Below the pieces are notes generated by a model. It worked only from the letters and a program-made list of their open reading frames with translations. It searched no databases and was not told the DNA's origin. Of a DNA stretch of 64,000 nucleotides, positions 50,136 to 60,921 are shown one piece after another; the stretch's first letter is position 1, and each line of letters begins with the position of its first letter. The stretch is taken from positions 32,001-96,000 of the forward strand of contig JBEKSS010000005.1 of assembly GCA_049516875.1 (NCBI GenBank). The letters are read 5' to 3'. The DNA comes from Candidatus Bathyarchaeia archaeon (GTDB taxonomy: Archaea; Thermoproteota; Bathyarchaeia; Bathyarchaeales; Bathycorpusculaceae). The position numbers and the translations under genes are program-made.

Positions 50136-50184
50136 TCACAACTCTTAGTGTTTCTATAACTAGAGCAGACACTAAACGTAGCGT
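50136..50184. promoter_or_regulatory. Tandem NrdR boxes
   Basis: TCACAACTCTTAGTGT (50136-50151) and ACACTAAACGTAGCGT (50169-50184), 33 bp apart, just downstream of the minus-strand TTTAAA at 50192-50197. Confidence 0.7.
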
Positions 50185-50480
50185 TTCGTTATTTAAACCC
50201 TTTTCACATTAACATCGAAATCGTTAATCGAACATACAAAGGAAACATGCCTGAAATATACATGATCAGCGAAAAAAACAGTGGCAAAACAAGTGTTTCT
50301 GGATGAAACAGCTTCAATTCTCGGCGATAGAATGCGACTTTAAGATTTTCGAACGAAAACCTCGAATACAGGAGAGATGCGCGGGCTGATTCAGCGCAAA
50401 GAAGCTAAATTCGTACCAATTGAAAATCAAAAGCTCCTTTATGCCCACAGGTTCGAAGCGAGGATTGTTGCATATGCTTC

Positions 50481-51755
50481 TCATGTCGGTTGCGACTCGA
50501 AGGTCTGATCGCATCTTGGTTGATTCCCTTTTCCAGTCCTTGATAAGGCGAAAATTACGGCTGCCGCCAGCAGTATTACACTTGAAGCCCAAAAGACACC
50601 AAAATACTGAAAGATTGTGGCAAGTATAAAACCGCTTATTATGGGTCCTAGTGTCTGTCCGACATCCATTACCGTGTCCAAGAAACCCATGGACGTGCCG
50701 ACAAACTCTGTCGCGACGAGCTCGCACATCAAGGGAGACGTTGACGCAGTCGTGGTTGCAAAACCGAAGCCATAAATAAGCGATAGCAGAAGCAAAGTTG
50801 GAAAGTCGGAGAAATATGGGATTGCCACCAGCGGGATAACGCATATTACTAAACCGATGATTATCGGTTTCCGCCTTCCTATTCTGTCCGAAAGCCTACC
50901 CATGTAGGCTCTAACGAATAATGCTAGGACAATGAGGCTGCCAGTGACGGCGGCTGTCGAAAAGAAGTCGAAGTGCAGGTTGTCCTTTAAATAACCAGAC
51001 AGAAAATAGTCCACTGTTCCATACGAATAATAGACAGAAGCTTGAACGAGGCTGACCGTCAAGACAGAACGATTCTTAGCCAAAGTGCCCCACCCAGTAT
51101 ACAGCCGTCTTGGAGTCTTTGATTCTCTTGAAATAGTAGCGACACGTGGCTTTCTTTCCGCTAGGAAGACCAACCCCATGATAAAAGTAGCTAGTCCAGA
51201 CGCTGCTACAGCCAAATACATCAAATGATAATTGTAGAGGGGGTCAGAACTCCTGGCGGTGGTGAATAGTATATATCCTCCGAGGAAAGGGGCAAGACCT
51301 CTTCCAACGTATGTCGCAGAAGTGAAAAGCGAAATACGTTCACCCCGTTGGGTGGGAAACAGTTCAGCCATTGATGCTTCGGCTACGGGCACGAAAATGG
51401 CAGTCGCAAATCCGTGATAGAATCTTACAAGGATGAGCTGCCACCACGAGGTAATTAATAGGTAGAGGAAAGGGGCGGTAGCGAAAACCAAGGAGGCTAG
51501 CAGCAGAAACTTCCTTCTACCGTATATATCCGAAAGAGAAGCTGCTGGCAAGCTGACTAGAATGCCCGGGATAGTTGAGGCCGCCCCGACGAGACCTGAC
51601 CAATCGGTCGGGGTTTGGAGTACAGTCGCAAAAGGGTTTAGCAATGTCTTGGACATAGTTGAGCTCAGGATCGCGAAGAGCCCCATGATACAGAGTATCA
51701 GAAAAATGCTTCTTCCAACGTTTATGGTTTGCAGACCCATACTCGGACTCTTCAA
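50481..51755 (-). CDS. MFS transporter
   Basis: SDIYGRRK and GRLSDRIGRRK motifs; 12 TMs. Confidence 0.92.
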   Translation of the reverse strand: MKSPSMGLQTINVGRSIFLILCIMGLFAILSSTMSKTLLNPFATVLQTPTDWSGLVGAASTIPGILVSLPAASLSDIYGRRKFLLLASLVFATAPFLYLLITSWWQLILVRFYHGFATAIFVPVAEASMAELFPTQRGERISLFTSATYVGRGLAPFLGGYILFTTARSSDPLYNYHLMYLAVAASGLATFIMGLVFLAERKPRVATISRESKTPRRLYTGWGTLAKNRSVLTVSLVQASVYYSYGTVDYFLSGYLKDNLHFDFFSTAAVTGSLIVLALFVRAYMGRLSDRIGRRKPIIIGLVICVIPLVAIPYFSDFPTLLLLSLIYGFGFATTTASTSPLMCELVATEFVGTSMGFLDTVMDVGQTLGPIISGFILATIFQYFGVFWASSVILLAAAVIFALSRTGKGNQPRCDQTFESQPT

Positions 51756-51954
51756 TTTTCAGCTTTTCCAAGCGTTACAGCCGCAGGCTTGATTTAACGC
51801 TTTTGCCTTCAATTATGCTCAGCTAGTATTTAGTTTGTGCTCCAAGCTCGCTTAGAGTCGCGTAGTGAGTATCCACTACCCGAAGAGCTCTGTTGAAGGT
51901 TTCAATGTAGGTTTTCGACGTTTTCCCAGGTTGTTTACCGCAGTCCAACGGTGA

Positions 51955-52464
51955 CTATTCTGATAGTTTCTTTCTTAGAAATTCTCTCCTCTCTTTTCGA
52001 TCCATCTTTTCAATTTCAGTCTTGTACTTCTGACGAAGCAATTTCAGCCTGCAGAATGCGTAAAAAGCATCATAGACTGGTCTGGCCTTTTCGATGGCTT
52101 CATGATCATCTTTTGCAACAATAGAGATTCCTGTTATCACAGCATCAAGTCCAGCCGCCTCGATGGCTTCAGGTTTGTCCGTGTCAGCCGTGCGCACGAT
52201 GTTTGCCAACTCCAACACTGCAGGATCCTTAATCTTGTACTTTTCGACAAACGCATCGAAACTGCACTTGTTGCCGTGATGACCAAGCTCGACACTGGGC
52301 GCATCATAAGGTATGGCCTTTTCCTTTTTGACAATTTCAGGCATTTTCTCGCTAGGCACAAAGATGAATTCAGCTTTTGGATCTATGAATCTTTTTATGA
52401 GCCATGGACAAGCCGTTCTGTCCACATGCACATATTCTCGAGTTACCCACTTCAGAACCTTCAC
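51955..52464 (-). CDS. chrB: Chromate resistance ChrB C-terminal-domain protein
   Basis: WVTR...VDRTACPWLIKRFID...HHGNKCSFD. Confidence 0.85.
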   Translation of the reverse strand: MKVLKWVTREYVHVDRTACPWLIKRFIDPKAEFIFVPSEKMPEIVKKEKAIPYDAPSVELGHHGNKCSFDAFVEKYKIKDPAVLELANIVRTADTDKPEAIEAAGLDAVITGISIVAKDDHEAIEKARPVYDAFYAFCRLKLLRQKYKTEIEKMDRKERREFLRKKLSE

Positions 52465-52539
52465 CTTTCGGAGATTGTCTGTTCCAAGCAGTTAAGCTTT
52501 GCGCGCGTTTTCGAAAAGGTTGCAACCAAAAACGCTTGG

Positions 52540-52875
52540 AAATCAGCGAAGATAGGACGACAGGGGCTGGCACGTTTGTCTTCACTCAGCTATCGTTCGG
52601 AGACAGTAGGCGGAAGAGGTTACCTAGGCCCAGCTGCTACGCTACTCGACCGTCGTCGGCAGAACCTTGCGTCTGCTCTGACCTGCCAGGCAATGAACTT
52701 CCTTTTCGAGAAGGGGATTAATTCAGTGGCGTTACACACCTCGGAGCAAAACGTTGCGTCAATGACTCTACTTCAGGGAATTGGTTTCATGATTGGCCAC
52801 TGTTGGAAGTTTATGCGCGAGGATATCTCTCAATGGCCCAGTCAGACCAGTTTGCTCAAAGGAGAAACTGATTAA
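52540..52875 (+). pseudogene. GNAT acetyltransferase C-terminal fragment
   Basis: RRQNLASAL...V.L.T...N.....L...IGF, without an intact N-terminus. Confidence 0.5.
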
Positions 52876-52923
52876 GGAAAGCGGACGTGAAGAAAATGTG
52901 CCGAAAATGGGGCAAAATTACCT

Positions 52924-53397
52924 TCACTGCTTCTTGCTGTGGACCGCCTCTTTCTCTAAGTCCAGTTCCCTCACTCTTGTTTCAATGAACTCTGCGACCT
53001 TGTCTTGGCTGTACTTGTTTTCTTGCTCCTGTTTTCTCAGCTGCTCATTGATTGTGCTCAACACTTTTTCCACGTCAAACGGTTTCATTATGTATGCGTC
53101 CGCACCTCTGTTCACCGCGCCCACAGCGTTCTGTAGCGTCGGATAACCGGTGATTATTATCTTCCGCATTCTAGGCGTTGTGTCCCTAATTTTCGTCAAG
53201 AGGTCTATTCCTTCCATGTCAGGCAGTCGAATGTCTATTAGGGCCAGATTGTAAAACCTCTTTTCGGTTCTTTTTATCGCCTCTCTAGCCGTGCCTACTG
53301 CCTCGATGTTATAGCCCTTATCTTCGAGGATTGCCATGAGTACCTTTCTTATGTTTTCGTCGTCGTCAATTATGAGGATTCTCGCGTCGCTATCCAT
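52924..53397 (-). CDS. Response regulator receiver protein
   Basis: IIDDD, DIRLPD, ITG, KPF. Confidence 0.93.
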   Translation of the reverse strand: MDSDARILIIDDDENIRKVLMAILEDKGYNIEAVGTAREAIKRTEKRFYNLALIDIRLPDMEGIDLLTKIRDTTPRMRKIIITGYPTLQNAVGAVNRGADAYIMKPFDVEKVLSTINEQLRKQEQENKYSQDKVAEFIETRVRELDLEKEAVHSKKQ

Positions 53398-53552
53398 GCT
53401 TCCTCACCTCCGTGCTCTCTTGTTCGTCTGATCTGAGAGATGACCGTGAGGATTGGTCTGTCCAAGATATGTCATCCCATCTAATCCGCCGAGACGCAAA
53501 TCTTCAAAGGGGAACCGCGCGATTTCAACCACGAATTGACTGCCTCGATTTT

Positions 53553-53939
53553 TCATTTTACAGTTATCTCTCCCTTTTGCATTATCCGACTCTTCGCGAT
53601 CTCCACGCATTCCAGAAAATCCGTGTTTTTGCCCTCCTCAAACTCCAAGCCAAGTTTCTCGTGAAGACGTTTCACAATGATTTTTTCAAGATAAGTTGCT
53701 CCTGGCCCAAAAATGCCCTCTAAGGCTCTTTTGAACTTTGTCAAGTTAGACGGGATGCTCTCTTCCTTCAGCTGAAAGGAGGTCTCCAAGTGGAAGAGTA
53801 TTGCTTGTCTGGACGAGTCCCCGAGCAAGCAGAGGCCTTCGTCAACGGCAGAGAGAAGAACCTTGTTAAAGTCATTTTGAGTCAATTGATGCCCTCGCTG
53901 ACAACGTGACCTAGGTCTTGAATGAAACTGGATTTGCAT
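53553..53939 (-). CDS. Archaeal signalling-associated hypothetical protein
   Basis: AVDEGL..LG.S....I.FHL...F.L....IP.....F..ALE.IFG; paralog of the next gene. Confidence 0.75.
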   Translation of the reverse strand: MQIQFHSRPRSRCQRGHQLTQNDFNKVLLSAVDEGLCLLGDSSRQAILFHLETSFQLKEESIPSNLTKFKRALEGIFGPGATYLEKIIVKRLHEKLGLEFEEGKNTDFLECVEIAKSRIMQKGEITVK

Positions 53940-54023
53940 TGATAAAACGTTTGTGAACTGTCAATATGGATTGTCAAACCGCACTCCACGATAAAGACGC
54001 GCCATAGAAAGCATTGAGGGGCT

Positions 54024-54362
54024 CTAGCCCTTCTTCGCCTGCAAATAAGTCCGTTCTACGGCCTTCACATAATCAGCGAATTTGAACTCCTTGCTCTCAT
54101 CGAGCTTCAGAATCTTTCCTTTTGACCCCATTTCCTCGTACAGCTTCTTCATTATCAGAACTTCCAAGAATCGTGTCCCTGCCCCGAAAATCCTCTCAAG
54201 TCCATGGTCAAAATCCTCGACTCGACCCGGAATCTCGTCCCTTCTGATGTCAAACTTCTTTTCGAGGTGGAAATAAATCGATTGTTTCGCTGAATCACCG
54301 AGCGAAGATAAAGCTGAATCCACAGCTTCAAGCAACAGCTTATGGAAAGCCTTCTCTGTCAA
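54024..54362 (-). CDS. Archaeal signalling-associated hypothetical protein (paralog)
   Basis: AVDSALSSLGDSAKQSIYFHLEKKF...IFGAG; start position approximate. Confidence 0.75.
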   Translation of the reverse strand: MTEKAFHKLLLEAVDSALSSLGDSAKQSIYFHLEKKFDIRRDEIPGRVEDFDHGLERIFGAGTRFLEVLIMKKLYEEMGSKGKILKLDESKEFKFADYVKAVERTYLQAKKG

Positions 54363-54615
54363 ACCCAAGATTCCTCTGAGGGAAACCCAGCTTGGGTAGC
54401 TATACTGGGGGGTCCTATAAATAAATTCTTCATGAATTTCTAGATTTAATCTCAGAATTACGTTGTTTTCGCGTCTAAAACGAGTTGAGAAAGCATGGTA
54501 ATTCCTCGATTTCATTTCAACAGATTCGAACCTTTATTCAGCTGATACTAGATAGAAACCTGCGCGCATCAGCTTCCAGGAGTGATTGGCATAGAAAAAA
54601 GAGGTTGATATTGTC

Positions 54616-54906
54616 TCAGCGTGTCTTCATTGAAGCGATGAATTCATCGATGGGAATTGCAGCCATGCTCGTAATCTTTATTGTTCCCCTCGAGCCAAGT
54701 TCGATTGAAACTCGGGCTATCGTTTTGTTGTCTGGGGCTTCCACAACGTTTGCAAAATCATAAGGCCCGAGAACAGCGTATTGACTGATGACTCGAACTC
54801 CGAAACCTTCAAGTTCCTTGTTGACTTCCTTGATCCTCTCCGGTTTTTCTCTGATTGTTTTCCACCCTTCGTCAGTCAAGTTGGAAAGCAAAATGTAGTA
54901 GGGCAT
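54616..54906 (-). CDS. GYD domain protein
   Basis: MPYYILL..LT..G...LGPYD...EAPD. Confidence 0.85.
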   Translation of the reverse strand: MPYYILLSNLTDEGWKTIREKPERIKEVNKELEGFGVRVISQYAVLGPYDFANVVEAPDNKTIARVSIELGSRGTIKITSMAAIPIDEFIASMKTR

Positions 54907-55257
54907 ACAAACCACGTTCAAATGCTATGTGGTTAATTAGGATTTCAGCTTTTCGATATTCATCCGCACGAGAAATGGGGATGTCTCCGTTGAAATCTTC
55001 GCCCAATTGTCTTTTCTTTTCCGTCTTTTCGGGCAACCGATGATACAATTAAGAATACTGTGTCCGTTGCTGCATCAGTTGTAGTGTTTGGAAACATATT
55101 GTTTATTGGTCTGATCCTCTACTCGCTGACTAAGAATGTCCCGCCCGCAACAGGCGATTCCTCGGAGTCAATCTTTTTTAGTAGCTGGGCATGCTTCGCT
55201 ACTATTCTACAGTTTATAGAAAGTGGGTAATTTTGGTACTGATGTTTCCTGTTAGAT

Positions 55258-55650
55258 CTATTCAATGTCCCATCTTTTGGTGACTTTTACTAGCAAGAAA
55301 ATTACCAAAGCTACGATGATGAAGGTTATCAAAGCTATGAGAAAGTCTCCATAGAGAAAATCCTGTGAAGAAAAGGTTGCTTTCGCTACGGCCAAGTTAC
55401 CAAGTCCCAGTGGATTCAGTATTAACCCTATAATCGGCATTATGAAGTCCTTGACAAGCGCTTGCACCAAGCCTCCAAGGTAAAGAGCGATAATAAAGCC
55501 CGCGGCAAGACCCATGATCTTGTACTTTGATATGAAGTCCATGAACTCACCCCATAGACCCTTTGGTGCTGGCGCGGCGGGAGCAGGTTTAGGTTCAAGC
55601 AGTGTTCGAATCTTCTTGAGTTCTTCTAACATGTCATCCTCTTTTGCCAA
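55258..55650 (-). CDS. mscL: MscL family mechanosensitive channel
   Basis: EF..FI....IMGLA.GFII...LV.D.IMP...YGDF...LI.F; TTG start after AGGTGG. Confidence 0.85.
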   Translation of the reverse strand: MAKEDDMLEELKKIRTLLEPKPAPAAPAPKGLWGEFMDFISKYKIMGLAAGFIIALYLGGLVQALVKDFIMPIIGLILNPLGLGNLAVAKATFSSQDFLYGDFLIALITFIIVALVIFLLVKVTKRWDIE

Positions 55651-55891
55651 GATTTCCACCTTGTTGTTATTTCTTTTTGATAATCTAATAAGGGTTTGCA
55701 TCGAGGGGCCAACAGGAATTTGAGCTTTGTGTTCGCCGCGGTTAGGAGCTTTGGAGAATTGAAATCCTCGGAAGATTCAGCGGTCTGGTGCTTTGGAGGA
55801 TATAGGTTTCGGACGCACAATGTGAATTATGTCTCTAAGCTTAAATAAAGAGTCAAGCAAGTTTTGACAATCCAGCAGCGAAGGCGAAACG

Positions 55892-56452
55892 GTGGTTCAG
55901 TCTCACAGACCGGGTTTGGGAGAGAAGCTCTTCTTCCTAGCTTCAGGCATAGTCGTCAGCATTCCAATAGCCCTCTTCTTTGAGCCTTCAATTGCTTTTC
56001 TCCGCCACTTTTTTCCGAATCTTCAAGGTTTTCAGGCTGAAATCCTATTGGTCGTTGTTATGGCTCCTTTGATTGAGGAGTTCGCCAAAGCTTATCCCTT
56101 GTTCTATCGTCACGGTGAAAGCCAAAGATCCCTATTCGCCCTGGGATTTCTTGTCGGCCTAGGCTTCGGAATCACCGAGTTCTTCGAATACGTGGTGTTG
56201 CTGAATGTTTCGCCTTTGATAAGGTTGCCAGGAATCTTTTTCCATGCAGCGACCACTTCAATCATAGCCTATGGCATTGCAACGAAGCGTTCTGGACTGT
56301 TGTATTTGATCGCATTCGCTCTTCATTCCTCGATCAACTTCGTATCAGTATTTGACATGCCCGAATTATTGTACGCGCTTACAATGGCAACAGCCTTCCT
56401 TCTCTCATTGATCCTCTATACGAAAACTTCAGAGAAGATGATCCCCTACTAG
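55892..56452 (+). CDS. prsW: PrsW family intramembrane metalloprotease
   Basis: PLIEEFAK, GLGFGITE, H...H motifs. Confidence 0.8.
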   Translation: MVQSHRPGLGEKLFFLASGIVVSIPIALFFEPSIAFLRHFFPNLQGFQAEILLVVVMAPLIEEFAKAYPLFYRHGESQRSLFALGFLVGLGFGITEFFEYVVLLNVSPLIRLPGIFFHAATTSIIAYGIATKRSGLLYLIAFALHSSINFVSVFDMPELLYALTMATAFLLSLILYTKTSEKMIPY

Positions 56453-56577
56453 GGAATTGGAGCCAGTGTTTTAAGAAGATGTGTTTTTTAGAATGTTCAG
56501 GCAGCTTCCGAATCGCGCGAGCCAAGGAGGAAGCCCGTGCCAAAAAAAGAGTGCAGAGTTGCCTGTCAGTTTGAGAG

Positions 56578-56652
56578 TGGGCCGGGAGAGATTTGAACTC
56601 TCGACCTTTCGGTTATCAGCCGAACGCTCCAGCCAAGCTGAGCTACCGGCCC
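56578..56652 (-). tRNA. tRNA-Ile(GAT)
   Basis: GGGCCGGTAGCTCAG...TTCGG-CTGATAA-CCGAA...GTTCAAATC...CCGGCCCA. Confidence 0.97.
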
Positions 56653-56736
56653 CTGATGGTGTGAACTACTATAAATCGTTGACCGTTTTTAAGTGTTTTC
56701 GGAACTCTTTTAATTGGTTTGCAGCTATTCTTGAAT

Positions 56737-56812
56737 GGGCCCGTAGCCCAGTCTGGATTAAGGCGCCGGCCTTCGGAGCCGGAGAACGGGGGTTCAAATC
56801 CCCTCGGGTCCG
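56737..56812 (+). tRNA. tRNA-Arg(TCG)
   Basis: GGGCCCGTAGCCCAG...CCGGC-CTTCGGA-GCCGG...GGTTCAAATCCCC-TCGGGTCCG. Confidence 0.97.
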
Positions 56813-57007
56813 CTGAATATTCTTCAGAAAGAAAAATGTCCAGGGATAATCGGAACTGGGTGCGCAGCGGCCAAAGTCTGTTGCCTGTAGCTCAAGACCA
56901 TAACTTATAGGCTTAGACGAACTAGTCTTGGTCAAGCACGTTCTAACATCAGGCGAGAAGATAGCCAAGACAAGGAGCGGAAGATAAATGTGCGCGCTAC
57001 TCACACA

Positions 57008-57152
57008 ATCTGATAATCATACCCCCTAACGCGCAGAGTACCTCAGAATGATTGATCAATTGGTTAGCTGATCTAAAAATAATAGTGGTCTGGTAATAAT
57101 CATCTGATAATGACACCTCCCCAACGCGCAGTGTGCTTCAGATTCATTGCTC
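57008..57152. repeat. Imperfect ~50-bp direct repeat pair followed by an AT-rich tract
   Basis: atctgataat..c.c..cc.aacgcgcag.gt.c.tcaga.t.attg.tc at 57008 and 57102. Confidence 0.7.
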
Positions 57153-57588
57153 TATTAATTTATTGATTTATTGATCTCAATCAATTAATCAACACACATT
57201 GAGTAGTCTGTGTGTGTTGGTGCGCTGATACAGCAAATGAGTACGTAGATGTAAAGACAGTAAAGTTGGCCAGGTAGCAGGGGAGTGGTGATATTCCATC
57301 TAACGGCTCGAAGATGCCCACGAAGTCGGCAACTGTAAAAAGGGCACCACGTGGATATTTGGTACGTGCTCGGCAAATGTCAGAGCAGAGAGTGTCTGCT
57401 TTTGCCCCGAGCATCGTTGAGGAGTAAAACGGCGTGAAATGCCTGTTCAGGAGCGCGCGTTGGAATCATCGGCAGTATCGGCAGTGTTTTCCTCATTTTT
57501 CTTCCTTTCAAATACGTCTCAACCTGGATGGACTTTATGTGTCTTTACAAAAAAAGGGAGGATGGTGTTGTCCTCGACATCCGGGGGT

Positions 57589-59892
57589 CTAGCGAGTCTT
57601 AAGTACGTCTGCGGTGAAGCTGTAAGATGTGCTTATCCAGTGTTCGAATCCTGGTTGGCTGGCGACCACCATTACAGATGGTCCAAATGTGGCGATTCTG
57701 GTGTCGATTGCTGGTAACAGCGCAGAGCCATCTTGTGTTTTGGGGTCAAGCCACATGTGAGTTATGTAGTCGACGGTCGTTACTTTGTGGCCCATGTTCA
57801 GCGTGACTGTTTGTATGAAGTTTACGTTGAACTTGTTGTACAGGACTTTGCCGTCCGTTATGTACCATCCGGCGTTGACTGACCATGCGCCTTGACCATG
57901 TTCAACGTTGTCACTGAAGCCGATTTCCGGTATCTGTATCTGGTCAACGAACCACCCGGTCAACTGGGTTCCTCCGTCGGTCCAATAGGTGAAGTACAAT
58001 TCTATGTTGTGACCTGCAAATGGCGTCAAGTTCATCTGTTCTTGGATCCAGCCGCCACTGTTGCCGTTGAATGCATTCCATTTTCCTGCAAAATAGTAGG
58101 CAAAGGGTTCATATGCGTTAGGCGTGTTGGGGTTGTCTTGTGGGTACGGAAGAGTATCGGTAGTTTTTAAGCCCTTGAGAGTGGTCCATTTACCCGTGGT
58201 GAGGTCGTGGACTTCCACGTATCCGTAGTCGAAATCTGGTTCGGTGTCGTAGTACGTCTTGAATTTGAGGGTCGCTCCCCCTGCGGGTATGCTGAAGGTG
58301 TGGCCCAGTCTGAACCATGCCCAGGGCGTCGTTATCGCGTCGGAGTACCATTCGTGTTTTCCTTCGGGTGGCGGTTGGCCGATGTAATCTTGACCGTTGA
58401 ATCTGACTTTCAGTGCAGGTGAGCCATCGTTGAAAATCACGTAGTTCACTGTGTAGGGAAGTTGTGGCAAACCATCTGGGTAGGGCATTCCTTGATTCGG
58501 ATACGTATCTACGATCCAGTTGAAATCAAGTGGATAGTAGTATTGGTACATATCCATGTAAATCGGTATGCTTCCCCATCCAGTTATTGACCAAGAACTG
58601 GACGGTCCGTTAGGCATTGGGAAATTGTAGTAGCCGTAGCTCCCGTCACCAACAGTGGCGTCGTTAAGGTAGTTTGCGATGGACCAGTCTTTGAATATTT
58701 GGTCGAAGTCTTTGCAGATATGCATTCCTTTGAGAGCATCGTTGTATCCTGCGATCCCATGGAGTGTGTCATGCGTGAGTTTCCAAATGAACTGCGACCC
58801 GTAGTGTTGGTAGACGTAGTAGGTGAACAGGCAGGCGGCACCGTAATTCTCCAACATGCCTTGCCAGTCTACAAGTGAAGTGTAGAACCAGCCCGACAGA
58901 TAGTAGTCGATGTGGCCTGCTGGGAATCCGTATCCACATACAATCTGAGCCAGTTCAGAGCAGCCTTCATTGACCCAGCTCAGTTCTCCGGGGTCTAGGT
59001 CGCGGTGGATCAGGTGCTGGAATTCATGAGCAAACGTGCCTTCATATTCGTACGGGATAAGCTGGCTCGGCAGGTAGGGCTTCACGTAATGAGCAAGGTC
59101 TCCGTTAATCGGGTGTGCTCCTTGTCGTCTGAACCATTGATATGTGTCAATGTGAATTATGTTTGCATTGTAAAGATTGCTTATGTAATCCCAGAAGTAG
59201 CCTTCAACGAACCATGCAGCATTATAAGGATCATAGAAAAGTCCGCTTCTGATGTTGAATATCAGTATCTGTACCTTGTAATCGTTGAAGGGGCCTGCAC
59301 GGTCCTTGTACATGCCAAAGAATGATGTGTCAGTGGCCCATATTGTGTTGTCAAACTCGTATGCCAACTCCACTAGTTGGCTTCCGAAGATGTAGTCACG
59401 GTATCCTGGCTGCAAGCGAGTTGATGGCGGGTTGAAGACCGAACTACCTGTCCAGCTCCATGGGTAGGCAAAGTACCATGTACTGGTGTTGAAGTCTCCA
59501 CCGGGGACATACTCGTCTTGGTAGCTCACGGTGGTATTGGTTGGGTCGACCCATACGTCGGGGTCCAAACCTACCCAGATGTTGCAGTGTGTGCCATTCA
59601 GGACATTCACGAAATCCAAAGGATAGAGTGTACCATAGTATTCGTCACTGACCATCACAGTCCACGGAGAGTGGGGGGTAAGTTGGGGCTCGAAACTCTC
59701 AGTTGTTGCGTGTTCGAGGAATTCTGATCCGTCAAATGCCAAAGCCTCGCCGTCCGTTGACGGTTTAGTTATCTTGGGGTGTGACATTCCTTTAATGGGT
59801 ATACTTGTTTGTGTCGAAGCTGTCGTATTGTTCATAGGTATTAGAGATGCTAGAAACACTGCGACAATTACAATTGCAAGTAGTTTTTTCAT
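57589..59892 (-). CDS. Secreted zinc metalloprotease (M30/M6, immune-inhibitor-A-like)
   Basis: Signal peptide, HEFQH...NEG, C-terminal E.D.DYGYVEV domain. Confidence 0.85.
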   Translation of the reverse strand: MKKLLAIVIVAVFLASLIPMNNTTASTQTSIPIKGMSHPKITKPSTDGEALAFDGSEFLEHATTESFEPQLTPHSPWTVMVSDEYYGTLYPLDFVNVLNGTHCNIWVGLDPDVWVDPTNTTVSYQDEYVPGGDFNTSTWYFAYPWSWTGSSVFNPPSTRLQPGYRDYIFGSQLVELAYEFDNTIWATDTSFFGMYKDRAGPFNDYKVQILIFNIRSGLFYDPYNAAWFVEGYFWDYISNLYNANIIHIDTYQWFRRQGAHPINGDLAHYVKPYLPSQLIPYEYEGTFAHEFQHLIHRDLDPGELSWVNEGCSELAQIVCGYGFPAGHIDYYLSGWFYTSLVDWQGMLENYGAACLFTYYVYQHYGSQFIWKLTHDTLHGIAGYNDALKGMHICKDFDQIFKDWSIANYLNDATVGDGSYGYYNFPMPNGPSSSWSITGWGSIPIYMDMYQYYYPLDFNWIVDTYPNQGMPYPDGLPQLPYTVNYVIFNDGSPALKVRFNGQDYIGQPPPEGKHEWYSDAITTPWAWFRLGHTFSIPAGGATLKFKTYYDTEPDFDYGYVEVHDLTTGKWTTLKGLKTTDTLPYPQDNPNTPNAYEPFAYYFAGKWNAFNGNSGGWIQEQMNLTPFAGHNIELYFTYWTDGGTQLTGWFVDQIQIPEIGFSDNVEHGQGAWSVNAGWYITDGKVLYNKFNVNFIQTVTLNMGHKVTTVDYITHMWLDPKTQDGSALLPAIDTRIATFGPSVMVVASQPGFEHWISTSYSFTADVLKTR

Positions 59893-60289
59893 TCTCCTTT
59901 TCTCCTATTTTAGTCGCGTATTATAATACGAGGTCACAGTTTTTGAATTTTGTGGAGAAAAGTTCTATGGGATGCCAAGCACGTTGCAGTTGACTGTCTT
60001 GCCTTGATTTCCTTGATGGCAAGCGCAGGCGAAAGCAGAACAGTTTTGTGTTTACCTTCTAGAAGCACCACAGCCGCAGCTCGCCACAAGAATGAAAATA
60101 CTAAATATCGTGACGCCACGATTTGACCCCAATTTCTCTCAGGCTTCGCCAGCATTTCGTGTGCAGAAGTTCACCATGAAAAACCCATAAAACCTAAACG
60201 CCACGAAAACAGCGGGTGTGAGGTAGCACGACGTTAGAAAAGGCTTCTGTGTGCAGACTGCACAGCGCGCGAGTCCGGATACGTGCCCA

Positions 60290-60688
60290 TCAGATTGCGT
60301 GCTTTGTTCTGAACACTATGACTCCAAGCACTGTTGCGATCATGAATAGTAGTAGAACGAGTATTGATGGAAACTCTGGAATTGTGGACGTAGCCGAGCG
60401 GATCATTCCAGTTGCATCGGAAGGTATTCGGCCACCTGTGTCTGGGGAAACCGCTGAATAGTCGACAAGGAACTTGTTCTTGAAGCCATGGTACGTGTGC
60501 AACGTCAAGTTATGCGGATATTCTTCAACAGGTTGAATATTGAAACTCGGACCAAAGTCGTCACTGTGCGGGTCAATGATGCCCCGTAAAGCTGGTGTTA
60601 GTTCAATCGCCCTCACTTCTTGACAATTAATCAGCACACCCAATATGAGAAGAGCTAGAACAGTTTCTAATGCAAGTTTACTTCTCAT
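60290..60688 (-). CDS. Small secreted protein with PEF-CTERM-like anchor (possibly internally deleted)
   Basis: Signal peptide; IPEFP plus TM plus basic tail. Confidence 0.6.
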   Translation of the reverse strand: MRSKLALETVLALLILGVLINCQEVRAIELTPALRGIIDPHSDDFGPSFNIQPVEEYPHNLTLHTYHGFKNKFLVDYSAVSPDTGGRIPSDATGMIRSATSTIPEFPSILVLLLFMIATVLGVIVFRTKHAI

Positions 60689-60921
60689 ACTACCTCTACC
60701 TGTATCTTTTTGTTGCGGTTTATATGAGTTCTGGAAAAATCCTCTACGAAACTATCGTGTCGATGATGCCTCAAATCTGGGTGCTGGCATCTATCTTTGA
60801 CTCAGTGATAATATTAGGCAGACCGCAAAGTATGAAACTGACTGCCGGTCATGGAGGCTTCCGATGCACTTCGAGGAAGCACCTAAATATTGGGCAACCC
60901 AACCTAAGACAGGTGACTCTA

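Noticed and set aside
52102-52540. N-terminal part of the 257-aa plus-strand ORF
   Set aside because: Antisense shadow of chrB; only the GNAT-like tail looks real.
56481-57004. ORFs overlapping the tRNAs
   Set aside because: Spurious frames across tRNA-Ile and tRNA-Arg.
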